Shown: positions 10,555 to 21,298, counted from the first letter of the stretch. The stretch: DNA of 64,000 nucleotides from Candidatus Guanabacterium sedimentis (GCA_902505605.1 CABWKN010000093.1:266-64265); one strand, 5' to 3'. A program made the numbers and translations. The notes: generated from the sequence alone by a model not told the origin.

Positions 10555-10887
10555 TTATTTTTTGGTATTCTGCTCTATCATCTGTGTAATTACTTCTTGA
10601 GAAACCGCTCCTACTATCTGGTCTTTTACTTTCCCGTTGACAAATAGCAACAGAGTGGGTATTCCTTTAATATTGTACTTGTAAGTGATAGCGGGATTTT
10701 CATCCACATTTAGCCTACCCACCTTTGCTTTATGCCGGTAGCTCCTGGAGATGTTCTCGACTGCTTGAGCAATCATCTTGCAGGGAAAGCACCACTCAGC
10801 CCAGAAATCGACCAATACGGGGATGTCCGACTGCAATACGTTTTTTTCAAAATTCTCGTCAGTGAGACTTAATACACCCTCTTCCAT
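10555..10887 (-). CDS. Thioredoxin with a variant WCFPCK active site
   Basis: 110 aa thioredoxin fold (LVDFWAEWCFPCKMIA ... GIPTLLLFVNGKV). The active site is CFPC rather than the usual CGPC. Confidence 0.8.
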   Translation of the reverse strand: MEEGVLSLTDENFEKNVLQSDIPVLVDFWAEWCFPCKMIAQAVENISRSYRHKAKVGRLNVDENPAITYKYNIKGIPTLLLFVNGKVKDQIVGAVSQEVITQMIEQNTKK

Positions 10888-10947
10888 TGACCTTAGCCTC
10901 CCTTAGTTTTAAATAAATCAGGGTCCTTTTTCCCTCCTTTTAAGAAC

Positions 10948-11490
10948 TCATTCTGCGGGAACGAAATACACATCGGTGGGTTTAAACTGAGAGTTTCGGC
11001 GAAATTTGGCTTTTACTTTCATCCCGATACGGACTTCGTCCTGGCTTAGACCAATCAGTCTGGCTAAAAAGAGGGAATCGACTCCTTCAAACTCAACCAG
11101 TATCAGATTAAAAGGGGTCTCCTTAAGGAACTCTTGGCTTCCGAAGTGGCAGGTGGTCCAGGTGTGGATTTTCCCTTCCAAGGGGAGCTCGAACCAATCG
11201 CACTCCGAACCACAATACATACAATGGAATTTTGGCGTAGCATATTTATAACCGCATTTAGGGCACTTGGTCCCCATAATCTTCTTGTTTGCCAAGCCCG
11301 CAAAGAAGGGGGAATCTTGACCATAGCTGTGAATATAATCAATATGGTATGGCCATTTAATGATGATGGGGGACATTTTCTTTAATTGAGATAAATCTTC
11401 CGGAAAGGGGACATTGAACAGAACGGTTCCCTCCTCGGTTTCAGGGAGCTTTGTCTCTTTCTTTTTCATTTTCTTTTCTCCTTTTCGCAA
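10948..11490 (-). CDS. DUF35 family Zn-ribbon/OB-fold protein (partner of SCP2-type thiolases)
   Basis: CPKCGYKY...CMYCGSE rubredoxin-like zinc ribbon followed by an OB-fold-sized C-terminus. Immediately downstream of a thiolase-like gene. Confidence 0.7.
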   Translation of the reverse strand: MRKGEKKMKKKETKLPETEEGTVLFNVPFPEDLSQLKKMSPIIIKWPYHIDYIHSYGQDSPFFAGLANKKIMGTKCPKCGYKYATPKFHCMYCGSECDWFELPLEGKIHTWTTCHFGSQEFLKETPFNLILVEFEGVDSLFLARLIGLSQDEVRIGMKVKAKFRRNSQFKPTDVYFVPAE

Positions 11491-11506
11491 AGATGGGCTT
11501 CACCTC

Positions 11507-12760
11507 TTAAAACGGTTTCTCCAGTATGCTTATAGTGACATAAGTACCTGTGCCGGCGTGCGAGTGGATAAGACCCCTTTTGGCATTCTGTATCTGGAGC
11601 TTATCGTTTCCGAAGTGCTTATTTATCGTCCCCTGCAGCTGCCAGAAAGCGAAGACCGCCTGCATCAGACCGGTTGCACCCACCGGATGTCCACAAGCTA
11701 ATAGCCCTCCAGAAGGATTAACCGGGCAAATGCCACCGAGATTTGGTTTGCCCGATTCGATAAATTGCCCTCCTTCGCCGTATTTACAGAGCCCCAGGTC
11801 TTCGTAGGTCTGAATTTCCGAAGAGGTGTACGCATCGTGCAGTTCTACGAAATCGAGTTCCTCTAAAGGGTTGGTGATTCCTGCCCTTTCATAGGCTAAC
11901 TTGGCTCCCATTCTTCCAGCCCGGAAGGAATGGACTCCGGGATATTTGAGTCCCTTATAGTCGTCAGGAGACTCATGGGGGAGGAGAATGACCTCCCCGT
12001 GAGGTCGGTCGGCCATGCGCATGGCATCTGTTCCACATCCGACAGATGCAATTTTGATTGGCTTATCGGTGAGCTTGGCAGCCATCTTTTCGTCTGCCAG
12101 GATGCATACTGCCGCTCCATCGGACATTACGCAGATATCCAGCATGCCAAGAGGATAGGCTACTATTGGAGCGTTGAGGACATCCTCGACGGCAATCTTC
12201 ATCTTTTTCTGGGCATAGGGATTGTGAAAAGCGTTTTGATAGTTTTTGACTGAGACCATGGCTAATTGCTCTCTGGTGGTGCCAAACTCATACATGTGCC
12301 TTACTACCATCATAGCGTAATAGCCGGTGTAGAACCCTCCCACCGGGTAGTCGTAACTGGCATCAGAAGCTAAGGCGATAAACTCGTTCCCTTTCCAGGT
12401 GTTGACATGGGACATGGTCTCAAAGCCATAGGCCACGCATACATCCTGTCTTCCAGAGGCTACCTCAGCCCATGCGGTCTGGAAGCAGAGTCCTCCGGTG
12501 GCTCCACCCCCTTCTACCCTCTTGCTCTCTTTTGGGCATAGCCCAAGGTAGTCTTGCACCATGATGCCCGACATCAATTGCCGCTGAAAATGGTCAGAGA
12601 AGTAAGAAGCAACGCTGCCATCAATCTGGTCGATGGTCAGATGGGGGACATCGTTCATCGCATAATCAAAAGCTTCTTTTACCATCGGTTGGAAAGTCTT
12701 ATCGGGTCTCGCTTTGGTGAACTTGCTCACTCCTCCGCTAACCATGTAGACATCTCTCAT
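11507..12760 (-). CDS. Thiolase-like protein, SCP2/SCP-x type (acyl-CoA thiolase or condensing enzyme)
   Basis: 417 aa thiolase fold (GGGATGGLCFQ, C-terminal GHPVGATGL). Paired with the DUF35 gene. Confidence 0.75.
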   Translation of the reverse strand: MRDVYMVSGGVSKFTKARPDKTFQPMVKEAFDYAMNDVPHLTIDQIDGSVASYFSDHFQRQLMSGIMVQDYLGLCPKESKRVEGGGATGGLCFQTAWAEVASGRQDVCVAYGFETMSHVNTWKGNEFIALASDASYDYPVGGFYTGYYAMMVVRHMYEFGTTREQLAMVSVKNYQNAFHNPYAQKKMKIAVEDVLNAPIVAYPLGMLDICVMSDGAAVCILADEKMAAKLTDKPIKIASVGCGTDAMRMADRPHGEVILLPHESPDDYKGLKYPGVHSFRAGRMGAKLAYERAGITNPLEELDFVELHDAYTSSEIQTYEDLGLCKYGEGGQFIESGKPNLGGICPVNPSGGLLACGHPVGATGLMQAVFAFWQLQGTINKHFGNDKLQIQNAKRGLIHSHAGTGTYVTISILEKPF

Positions 12761-12976
12761 TACTTCACCTCCTTATGTGGTGCTACATGAAATGCCATTT
12801 TTGATTGGGAAATATCTTCTCGCTTTTATCATAATGCTGAGCATTAAAAAAGCTTATCATTATAGCATTGTTATTCTGGAATACAAAGGATTTCCCTCTT
12901 TTCAGCCCCTGTTAAAGATTCCCCATACCGCTGCCTTTTGAGCCATATTTGTACCCCTTGGTAAGAGGGGAGATAC

Positions 12977-13384
12977 TTATTTTCCTCGCAGCCTCTGTTT
13001 AACGAACTCTATCGCTTCGGTGGTATGGGCCCCGGGCGTAAATATCTCGGCAACCCCTATCTGTTTAAGCTTGGGTATATCAATTTCAGGAATAATTCCA
13101 CCTCCGATAATCAGCATATCAGTGGCTCCTTTCTCTTTGAGGAGCTCTATTATTCTGGGGAAAATATAAAGGTGGGCTCCTGAAAGGATGCTGATGCCGA
13201 TGACATCTACATCCTCCTGTATGGCAGCCGTGACTATTTGTTCTGGAGTCTGGCGCAAGCCGGTGTAAATCACCTCCATACCAGCATCCCGGAACGACCG
13301 GGCGATGACTTTGGCTCCCCTGTCGTGACCGTCGAGCCCAGGTTTAGCGATGAGCACCCTGATTTTAGCTTTATATGAATTCAT
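12977..13384 (-). CDS. B12-binding small subunit of a split acyl-CoA mutase (methylmalonyl-CoA mutase family)
   Basis: 135 aa. [15 protein letters not shown] carries the DxHxxG cobalamin-binding motif. Confidence 0.8.
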   Translation of the reverse strand: MNSYKAKIRVLIAKPGLDGHDRGAKVIARSFRDAGMEVIYTGLRQTPEQIVTAAIQEDVDVIGISILSGAHLYIFPRIIELLKEKGATDMLIIGGGIIPEIDIPKLKQIGVAEIFTPGAHTTEAIEFVKQRLRGK

Positions 13385-13462
13385 ATATAAACCTTAGATT
13401 TAACCATACTGTTAAAAGCTCACTTTATCTGCTTCCAGGGAAAATTGATGAATAAGGTCGTC

Positions 13463-15136
13463 TCAAAAGACGGAAGGTTCCTGATACTCGCCAAATTCTT
13501 CCCTCATGACATTAATTATCTCTCCTAGGGAGGCATAGGCTTTGACGCTTTCCAATATAAAAGGCATTAGGTTGTCTTTCCCTCGGGCAGCTATACGGAG
13601 CCGTTTGAGGCACTCTTCCACTTTGGCGCTGTTTCGCTGTTGGCGAATAGCTTGAAGCTTATTTATTTGCTTAGCGCGCTCGACCTCAGGGTCGATCATT
13701 AAAAACGGGGGTTGCTCCTCTTCTTCCATGAGAAATTCATTAACCCCTACTATGATCTTCTCCTTCTTTTCTATTGCTTGCTGATAGCGGTAGGCAGCCT
13801 CCATTATCTCTTTCTGAGGGAACCCCCTTTCAATAGCTGCTATCATACCCCCCATCTCGTCTATCTTGTTGATGTAGTCCCAGGCTTGCTCTTCCATCTC
13901 ATCGGTCAATTTTTCTATAAAATATGAGCCACCTAATGGGTCGATGGTGTTAGCAATCCCACTCTCGTATGCGAGAATCTGCTGAGTGCGCAGGGCAGTG
14001 GTGGCGGCTTCTTCAGCGGGGACTGCTAAGGCTTCATCCTTGGAGTTGGTATGAAGAGATTGCGTTCCCCCCAGAATGGCTGCCAGAGCCTGAATGGTGA
14101 CTCTCACAATATTGTTCTCAATCTGCTGGGCGGTGAGGCTGCAGCCAGCTGTCTGGGTGTGGAACCGCAGCCACCAGGAGCGTTCCTTTTTAGCCTTAAA
14201 CCTCTCTTTCATCACCTTCGCCCATATGCGGCGGGCAGCCCGAAATTTGGCTATCTCTTCAAAGAGGTCGTTATGGGAGTTGAAGAAGAAGGATAGGCGC
14301 GGGGCAAACTCATCTACTTCCAGTCCAGCGTCTATCCCCGCTTGCGCATAAGCAATCCCATCAGCCAGGGTAAAGGCAAGCTCCTGGACAGCGGTAGCCC
14401 CTGCTTCTCTGATGTGGTAGCCGCTGATGCTTATGGTATTCCATAGGGGGACCTCGCTGGAGCCGTAAGCGAACATATCAGTGATGATTCTCATAGAGGG
14501 TTGGGGAGGGAAAATCCACTCCTTCTGTGCTATGTATTCTTTCAATATGTCATTCTGCACGGTCCCACCAATCTGGTTTGGCTTAACTCCCTGTTTTTCT
14601 GCTACGGCGATATACATCGCCAGAAGAATAGCTGCGGGAGCATTTATGGTCATAGATGTAGTGACCTTATCAAGTGGAATGCCATTAAAGAGAGTCTCCA
14701 TGTCCTGGAGAGTGTCCACCGCTACTCCGCATTTGCCCACTTCACCCATGGCAAGGGGATGGTCTGAGTCGTACCCCATAAGGGTCGGCAGGTCAAAAGC
14801 TACGCTTAAGCCCGTCTGCCCTCTTTCCAGCAGAAGTCGGTAGCGACGATTGGACTCCTCTGCGGTAGCGAAGCCCGAAAACTGCCGCATGGTCCATAAC
14901 TTGCCCCGGTACATGGTAGCTTGAATCCCTCTGGTAAAAGGGTAAATGCCGGGGAATGATAGCTTTGTTAAATAGTCAAAATCTGGTACATCAGCCGGGG
15001 TATAGAGGTCTTTTATCGGCTTGCCCGATACGGTAGTGAACAGCTCTTTCCGCTCCGGATGGCGCTTGACGGCAGAGGATGCTATCTTATTTTTCCAGCG
15101 CTGTTGTTCACTTTTCATCCTATCGTCCATCTTCAA
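13463..15136 (-). CDS. Large (catalytic) subunit of a split acyl-CoA mutase (methylmalonyl-CoA mutase family)
   Basis: 557 aa. [29 protein letters not shown]...VAFDLPT are hallmark MCM TIM-barrel motifs. Confidence 0.85.
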   Translation of the reverse strand: MKMDDRMKSEQQRWKNKIASSAVKRHPERKELFTTVSGKPIKDLYTPADVPDFDYLTKLSFPGIYPFTRGIQATMYRGKLWTMRQFSGFATAEESNRRYRLLLERGQTGLSVAFDLPTLMGYDSDHPLAMGEVGKCGVAVDTLQDMETLFNGIPLDKVTTSMTINAPAAILLAMYIAVAEKQGVKPNQIGGTVQNDILKEYIAQKEWIFPPQPSMRIITDMFAYGSSEVPLWNTISISGYHIREAGATAVQELAFTLADGIAYAQAGIDAGLEVDEFAPRLSFFFNSHNDLFEEIAKFRAARRIWAKVMKERFKAKKERSWWLRFHTQTAGCSLTAQQIENNIVRVTIQALAAILGGTQSLHTNSKDEALAVPAEEAATTALRTQQILAYESGIANTIDPLGGSYFIEKLTDEMEEQAWDYINKIDEMGGMIAAIERGFPQKEIMEAAYRYQQAIEKKEKIIVGVNEFLMEEEEQPPFLMIDPEVERAKQINKLQAIRQQRNSAKVEECLKRLRIAARGKDNLMPFILESVKAYASLGEIINVMREEFGEYQEPSVF

Positions 15137-15300
15137 ACCCTTTTAATATGAAGGTCGCCAAAAGACTTTTTAATGATACAAATTTTGGCACGGTAATTAT
15201 ACCATAAAATTTGCGCCTGTGCATCTGGCAGAAATACCTCGCTTGGCGTAGAAAGAACCTTCCCTTATTAAGAAGGGAAGGGAGTCATATGCGATGGAAT

Positions 15301-16440
15301 TTACTTGAGGATGCTGCTGGCAATGACGACGCGCTGGATCTCGTTGGTCCCTTCGTAAATCTCTGTAATCTTGGCATCGCGGAAGAATCTCTCCATCGGG
15401 TATTCCTTCATATAGCCATATCCGCCGTGGATTTGAATCCCTTTAGTGGTGGCTTTCATAGCGGTTTCCGAAGCGAAGAGCTTTGCCATAGATGCCTGGG
15501 ATGAATATCTTTCTCCTTTTTCCTTGAGGAAAGCAGCTCGGTAGGTGAGCAATCGGGCAGCCTCAATTTCGGTAGACATGTCGACTAACATCCATTGGAT
15601 AGCCTGGAATTTAGCAATCGGCTGTCCGAACTGAATCCTCTCTTTGGAGTATTTCAGGCACTCATCAAGGCAAGCCTGGGCAATCCCCACTGCCTGGGCG
15701 GCTATCCCAATCCTTCCTCCGTCGAGGGAAACCAGAGCCATCTTAAAGCCTCCCCCCTTTTCTCCAAGGAGGTTCTCTTTGGGAACCAGGCAGTCTTCAA
15801 AGTAAAGTTCGCATTGCCCCGATGCGTTGATTCCTAACTTTTGCTGAATCTTGCCGACAGAATAACCAGGGAATCCTCGTTCTACAATGAAGGTACTTAT
15901 CCCTTTGTATCCCAGGGACTTGTCGGTCATGGCAAAGATCAAAGCCACCTCTGCCACTCGACCATTGGTAATAAACAGCTTGTTCCCGTTGATGACATAA
16001 TGGTCGCCCTTGAGAACTGCGGTAGTCTTAAGATTGGCGGCATCAGAGCCTGCTTCGGGCTCGGTGAGAGCAAAGCAACCTAATTTCTTTCCTGAAGCAA
16101 GGTCGGGTAAATATTTTTTCTTTTGAAAATCCGTTCCATATTTTAAAATCGGCTCGCAAATCAGAGAGTTGTTAACCGATAATATCACCCCGGTTGAGGC
16201 GCAAGCCCGGGAGATTTCTTCAATTACAATAGCATAGGAGACGGCATCCAATCCTCCTCCGCCATACTCTTCGGGAACGGTGATACCGAGGAAGTTTAAC
16301 GGGGCTAATTTTTTAATTATCTCCATGGGGAATTCTCCGGTGGCATCAATCTCTGCCGCCCGGGATTTGATCTCTTTCTCTGCAAATTCTCTGGCTGTTT
16401 GCCTTACCATCAGCTGTTCTTCAGAAAGTTGGAAATCCAT
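15301..16440 (-). CDS. Acyl-CoA dehydrogenase (short/branched-chain type)
   Basis: 379 aa. GCFALTEPEAGSDA and the C-terminal YEGTNEIQR motif of ACADs. Confidence 0.85.
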   Translation of the reverse strand: MDFQLSEEQLMVRQTAREFAEKEIKSRAAEIDATGEFPMEIIKKLAPLNFLGITVPEEYGGGGLDAVSYAIVIEEISRACASTGVILSVNNSLICEPILKYGTDFQKKKYLPDLASGKKLGCFALTEPEAGSDAANLKTTAVLKGDHYVINGNKLFITNGRVAEVALIFAMTDKSLGYKGISTFIVERGFPGYSVGKIQQKLGINASGQCELYFEDCLVPKENLLGEKGGGFKMALVSLDGGRIGIAAQAVGIAQACLDECLKYSKERIQFGQPIAKFQAIQWMLVDMSTEIEAARLLTYRAAFLKEKGERYSSQASMAKLFASETAMKATTKGIQIHGGYGYMKEYPMERFFRDAKITEIYEGTNEIQRVVIASSILK

Positions 16441-16585
16441 GGTACACTCCTCTTCAAATATTTATAAAATCATGATGCTCGTCCTTTTATCTGTTATGAC
16501 ACAGCTTCCTCTCTCTCAATTACCTCGCTACCGCTGATAAAGAAAGGGGAATTGCGGGGCAGAATAGGTTTGCCCTGGGTACATT

Positions 16586-17068
16586 TTAATCTTTGAAGTG
16601 GGGCTTTAGCTTTTTAAAAGTGCTCTGAGGGTCCTCAGGTATAACCCTTGTTTCACCAACTACGCTCATAAAACTGGTATCGCCATTCCATCGGGGAACA
16701 ATATGCCAATGGTAATGGTCGGTTATTCCAGCACCAGCAACCTTCCCCAGGTTGAGTCCGATGTTAAATCCGTCGGGTTTATAGACTAAGGAGAGAACTT
16801 TGATGCACTTTTGCATTAGCTGAATAAGTTCGGTGGTCAGCTCAGTGTCAGAATCTTCGAAGGAGGATGTATGGGAATAAGGAGCTATCATCAGATGGCC
16901 GTTGTTATAAGGGAAGGCGTTCAATATTACGAAACTCTGCTTGCCTCGGTAGAGCATAAGCCCCTCTTCGTCACTGCTCAATGATAAAGCCTTGCAAAAG
17001 ATACAGCTTCTACCCGATTTGTGAGATGCCACATAAGGATATCTCCAGGGTGAATAGAGGCGTTTCAT
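16586..17068 (-). CDS. HIT-family nucleotide hydrolase/transferase
   Basis: Histidine-triad motif DHYHWHIVPRW and an N-terminal CxxC. Confidence 0.7.
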   Translation of the reverse strand: MKRLYSPWRYPYVASHKSGRSCIFCKALSLSSDEEGLMLYRGKQSFVILNAFPYNNGHLMIAPYSHTSSFEDSDTELTTELIQLMQKCIKVLSLVYKPDGFNIGLNLGKVAGAGITDHYHWHIVPRWNGDTSFMSVVGETRVIPEDPQSTFKKLKPHFKD

Positions 17069-17106
17069 TCTTAAGATATCCCCATTAAGGTAGAAGGTTT
17101 AAGCTC

Positions 17107-17382
17107 CTATTTGTTGATAAGTTCCTTCAGTTCTCTGCCAGGCTTAAAATAAGGTATCCGCTTAGCAGGTACCTGCACCCGTTCCCCGGTTTTTGGGTTT
17201 CGACCCGCGCGAGCCCTTCTGTTCCGAAGCCGGAAACTGCCAAAGCCTCGGAGTTCAATCTTCTCGCCCCGATGCAGAGCATCGATGATACTTTGGAGAA
17301 CTGTACTCACTATAACTTCGGAATCTTTCTTCGGCAAATCGGTAGCCTTAGCCACCTCGGCAATTAATTCCGCTTTGGTCAT
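17107..17382 (-). CDS. ihfB: HU/IHF-family DNA-binding protein (IHF beta-like)
   Basis: 91 aa. GFGSFRLRNRRARAGRNPKTGERVQVPAKRIPYFKPG DNA-binding arm. Location downstream of rpsA mirrors E. coli cmk-rpsA-ihfB. Confidence 0.75.
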   Translation of the reverse strand: MTKAELIAEVAKATDLPKKDSEVIVSTVLQSIIDALHRGEKIELRGFGSFRLRNRRARAGRNPKTGERVQVPAKRIPYFKPGRELKELINK

Positions 17383-17537
17383 ATTTTTGCACTCCTTTTT
17401 TATAATGTAGTGAACTAAACTGGATTTTCCCTACCTTTTCACTGCTTAAGACTTTTACCCTTTTTTCTTAAGGGGTCTAAAAAGAGGTCAATTGGCGCTT
17501 TTTCTCTCTTTTTGCAGCGGAGATGTCCACAGGGCGC

Positions 17538-19376
17538 TCATTCTTCTATGGACGATGAAGCAGGTTTTTTGTGTTTTCTTTTTGACTTTTCAAGCTGGCT
17601 AAGAGTCTTTTTGTCAATAACATCACCGATAATCGCCCCACCCTTTTCTGCGGCGAATTTTTCGATATTTACTTTTTCTTTGTCAGCTAAGTAAGCAGTC
17701 AGACTCAAGCCAATCTTCCTTTCCTGAGGGTCGAGCTTAACTATCTTAAGGGTCAAAGTTTCCCCAACTTTGTATTTCTGCTTGGGGTCGGTGAGACGCT
17801 CTTTATCTAATTCGGAGACATGGACTAGCCCTTCAACTCCAGGGATGAGCTCGACAAAAGCTCCGAAGTTAGTAATGCTGACAATTTTACCTTTAACCAC
17901 ATCGCCCATTCGGTGCTTCTTGAAAAACTCCTCCCAGACATTAGGGGTCATTTGCTTCAGCCCCAGCGATAGTCTCTGGCTTTCTACATCAATATTCAGG
18001 ATTACCGCCTCTACTGTATCCCCTTTCTTAAGCATCTCGGAGGGATGCTTTATGCGCTTAGTCCAGGACATATCGGAGATATGTATTAACCCATCAATCC
18101 CTTCTTCTACTTCCACGAAAGCGCCAAAATCAGTAAGATTTCTGATCCTGCCTTTTATTATTGACCCGATGCTGTATTTTTCTTCGATCATCTTCCAGGG
18201 GTTAGGCTCGGTTTGCTTAAGTCCTAAAGAGATCCGGCGCAAGGATTGGTCAATGTGGAGCACCACAGCTTCCACAGTGTCTCCTATGGAGACTATGCGG
18301 GAGGGATGCTTTATCCTCTTGTTCCAGGACATCTCGGAGATGTGGATTAATCCCTCAATACCTTCTTCCAGCTCGATGAAGGCGCCGTAATCGGTGAGGC
18401 TCACCACCTTGCCGCGCACCCGGGAGCCAATGGAGTATTTCTCCTCTGCTTTGAGCCAGGGGTCAGGGGTTTTCTGCTTATAGCCTAAGGAGACCCTGTT
18501 GTTATGGCGATCGAACTTTAAGACCATCACCTCAACCTCGTCGCCGATTACAAATAGCTCCGAGGGATGGTTAACCCTTCCCCAGGACATATCGGTTATG
18601 TGGAGGAGCCCGTCGATACCCCCAAGGTCTATAAAGGCGCCGTATTCAGTGATGTTTTTGACAATGCCCTTGACTACCGTTCCTTCCTCCAGGGAAGCAA
18701 GCAGCCTTTCCCTTTTTCGGCGGTTCTCCTCTTCTAGGACTACCTTTCTGGAAAGGACAATGTTCCCACGCCTTTTGTTGAGCTTGATGACCTTCATCTC
18801 AAGCTCTTTACCTCTTAAGGTATCGAGATTTCTTACCGGTCGCACATCAACCTGGGAGCCTGGGAGAAAGGCTTTTACTCCGATGTCTACAGTCAATCCA
18901 CCTTTTATCCGCTCGATCACTCTTCCGGTGACTACGCTATTTTCATGATAAGCTTTTTCAATCTGGTCCCAGACCTTCATCTTCTCTGCTTTTTCCTTGG
19001 AGAGAACCAGATAGCCTTCCATATTCTCAACATATTCAAAGAGCAGGTTCACCTTGTCGCCAGATTTTACAGTTATATTGCCCTCGCTGTCTCTAAATTC
19101 TTGGAGCGGAACAAGAGCGTCAGACTTATATCCTATATCTACCAGAATTCCACTACTGGTTACTTTGATTACGCTTCCTTCAATAATTTCCCCTTCAGAA
19201 AAGCTTCGAAAGCTCTTATGGTAGAGTTCGGCTAACTGTTCGGAGTTGAGCTCTTCTAATTCATCCTTTGCAAGCTCGGGGGAAGGGTTATCCCCCTGGG
19301 TTTCAGAAGATTCTTTATCCCCCTTTTTCTCCTCCTCGGCTTTAAGTTTTTCTTTGGGGACTTCTTCGTCCATCAT
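17538..19376 (-). CDS. rpsA: 30S ribosomal protein S1
   Basis: 612 aa with six tandem S1 domains (repeated G.V.G.V..I..FGAFV.L..G..GL.HISE motifs). Acidic N-terminal and basic C-terminal extensions. Confidence 0.9.
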   Translation of the reverse strand: MMDEEVPKEKLKAEEEKKGDKESSETQGDNPSPELAKDELEELNSEQLAELYHKSFRSFSEGEIIEGSVIKVTSSGILVDIGYKSDALVPLQEFRDSEGNITVKSGDKVNLLFEYVENMEGYLVLSKEKAEKMKVWDQIEKAYHENSVVTGRVIERIKGGLTVDIGVKAFLPGSQVDVRPVRNLDTLRGKELEMKVIKLNKRRGNIVLSRKVVLEEENRRKRERLLASLEEGTVVKGIVKNITEYGAFIDLGGIDGLLHITDMSWGRVNHPSELFVIGDEVEVMVLKFDRHNNRVSLGYKQKTPDPWLKAEEKYSIGSRVRGKVVSLTDYGAFIELEEGIEGLIHISEMSWNKRIKHPSRIVSIGDTVEAVVLHIDQSLRRISLGLKQTEPNPWKMIEEKYSIGSIIKGRIRNLTDFGAFVEVEEGIDGLIHISDMSWTKRIKHPSEMLKKGDTVEAVILNIDVESQRLSLGLKQMTPNVWEEFFKKHRMGDVVKGKIVSITNFGAFVELIPGVEGLVHVSELDKERLTDPKQKYKVGETLTLKIVKLDPQERKIGLSLTAYLADKEKVNIEKFAAEKGGAIIGDVIDKKTLSQLEKSKRKHKKPASSSIEE

Positions 19377-19496
19377 TAGATTAGTTACCTCCTTATTTTG
19401 ATATTATACCGAAGTGCTTCCTGCTAACTATAAAATACGTCCTTTCGGGCATAAAAATATATAAAACTTAATGTAATCATTGATTATACTCAATTT

Positions 19497-20198
19497 TTAG
19501 TCTTTGTCAAGGATAAAAAAGTCTTCTTCTCTAAATTTAATCTTCTCTAAGGTAAGGTTTAAGACCTCCTCTATAGTGAGGTCGGTAGTATCGATGTAAA
19601 TTGAACCTTTACCTCTAGTAAGAGGGGAGTGGGTACGCTGCGAATCGCTTCTATCACGACGCTCGATATCTTCTTTGACTTTTTCTTCGAAGGCAATGAT
19701 TCCACTTTTTTTAAGCTCGAGATAACGCCTGTGGGCTCTTTCGGCAAGAGAGGCATCCAGATAGAATTTAAAATCGGCTTTAGGAAAGACCTTGGTGCAT
19801 ACATCCCTCCCTTCAGCAACCAATCCCCCTTTGGCTCCTATTTCCCTTTGGATTTTCACCAAGGTCTGCCGCACCCCCGGGAAGGAGGAAATCCTGGATG
19901 CCGCCTCACTCACCTGGGGATGGCGTATCTTATCCGAGACATCTTCCCCATCGATAATAATCCTGTAATCATCTTCCTGCTGGTAGAATCTGATGGATGA
20001 ATGCCTGGCCAATTGGCTCATTTCTTCTTCAGAGTTAAGCTCCATATTTTTTTTTAGCGCCTTCCATGCTAAAGCCCGATACATAGCTCCGGTATCCAGA
20101 TAAGTATAGCCGAGTTTCTTTGATAGTAGCTTGGCAATAGTGCTTTTGCCCGAAGCGGAAGGACCATCGATGGCGATTATTAATCTGTTGCTCGTCAT
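19497..20198 (-). CDS. cmk: Cytidylate kinase
   Basis: IAIDGPSASGKST P-loop. Adjacent to rpsA. Confidence 0.9.
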   Translation of the reverse strand: MTSNRLIIAIDGPSASGKSTIAKLLSKKLGYTYLDTGAMYRALAWKALKKNMELNSEEEMSQLARHSSIRFYQQEDDYRIIIDGEDVSDKIRHPQVSEAASRISSFPGVRQTLVKIQREIGAKGGLVAEGRDVCTKVFPKADFKFYLDASLAERAHRRYLELKKSGIIAFEEKVKEDIERRDRSDSQRTHSPLTRGKGSIYIDTTDLTIEEVLNLTLEKIKFREEDFFILDKD

Positions 20199-21298
20199 TA
20201 TTCCAGGCTTTCCTTAAGGGCTTTGATGAAGCGGAGGTTCTGCTGGTAGGTGCCGATGGTGACTCTCAACTCTTGGGGGAGGTTCCATTTCTTCAAAGGT
20301 CTGATTATTACGCCCTTCCGCAAGAGCTTCTCATAGAGCTTATAAGGGTCTTCTTGGAAAATAAGAAGAATGAAATTTCCCACTGAGGGGATAAATTTAA
20401 TCTTTAGTTTGTTGAGTTCTTCGGCGAGGAACTGGTAACCCTCTCGGTTTACTCTCTTTCCCTCGTTTATGAACTCGTGGTCGTCCAGGGCAGCCATAGC
20501 TCCCACCTGGGCTAAATGGCTGGTATTAAAAAGACATTTCACCTTGATAATGTATCGGATCAGTTCTTCATTAGCCATGGCATAACCTATACGCAGGCCG
20601 GCTAAGCCAAAGATTTTAGAGAAAGTCCTCAAAACGATAACCGGTCGCCCCTCTCTGACATATTTGAGGGAATCGGGATAGGACGGGTCTTCTATGTACT
20701 CGTAGTACGCTTCGTCAACAGCCACTACTATGTGTTCGGGAATAGAGTTTAAAAAACGGTCGAGCTGTTCACCGGTTACCATTTTTCCAGTAGGATTATT
20801 GGGATTGGCTATATAGATCAGCTTAGTATGAGGAGTTATGGCTTTTGCCATGGCAGGCAAATCGTAGGTGTAGTTTTTAAGGGGGACGGTGATGAGGTTC
20901 CCGTTTACTGCTTGCACTGCCAATCGGTATACTAAGAAGGTCTGGTCCGCAACGATAGCATAATCTTCTGGACCGAGGAAAGTACGGGCGATGTCCCCTA
21001 ATATATCAGTTGTTCCATTCCCTATGATGAGTTGGTCCATTGACAAATTCAGTATGGAAGCCAATTTTTGCCGAAGATAATACACCCCGTCATCGGGATA
21101 GAAATTTACTTCATTAATATGCTTGCTTATGGCTTCTACGGCCAAAGGGGAAGGTCCTAAAGGGTTCTCGTTGGATGCTAACTTGACTACATCTTTCAAT
21201 CCAAGCTCCCTTTCTACCTCTGAAAGGGGTTTGCCCGGAAGGTAAGGTATTACTTTTTTAATATGCTCAGGTACAAGCTCTCTTTTCATATTATCCAT
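20198..21298 (-). CDS. hisC: Histidinol-phosphate aminotransferase (class II aminotransferase)
   Basis: Fold-type I aminotransferase pattern with LKDVVKLASNENPLGPSP. The true start is likely the second Met at 21289, which is preceded by AGGATGG. Confidence 0.8.
   Translation of the reverse strand: MDNMKRELVPEHIKKVIPYLPGKPLSEVERELGLKDVVKLASNENPLGPSPLAVEAISKHINEVNFYPDDGVYYLRQKLASILNLSMDQLIIGNGTTDILGDIARTFLGPEDYAIVADQTFLVYRLAVQAVNGNLITVPLKNYTYDLPAMAKAITPHTKLIYIANPNNPTGKMVTGEQLDRFLNSIPEHIVVAVDEAYYEYIEDPSYPDSLKYVREGRPVIVLRTFSKIFGLAGLRIGYAMANEELIRYIIKVKCLFNTSHLAQVGAMAALDDHEFINEGKRVNREGYQFLAEELNKLKIKFIPSVGNFILLIFQEDPYKLYEKLLRKGVIIRPLKKWNLPQELRVTIGTYQQNLRFIKALKESLE

Noticed and set aside
17770-18948. 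Two plus-strand ORFs (206 aa and 149 aa).
   Set aside because: They are antisense to rpsA, an artefact of the repetitive S1-domain codons. They are Ser/Thr/Pro-rich with no start context.
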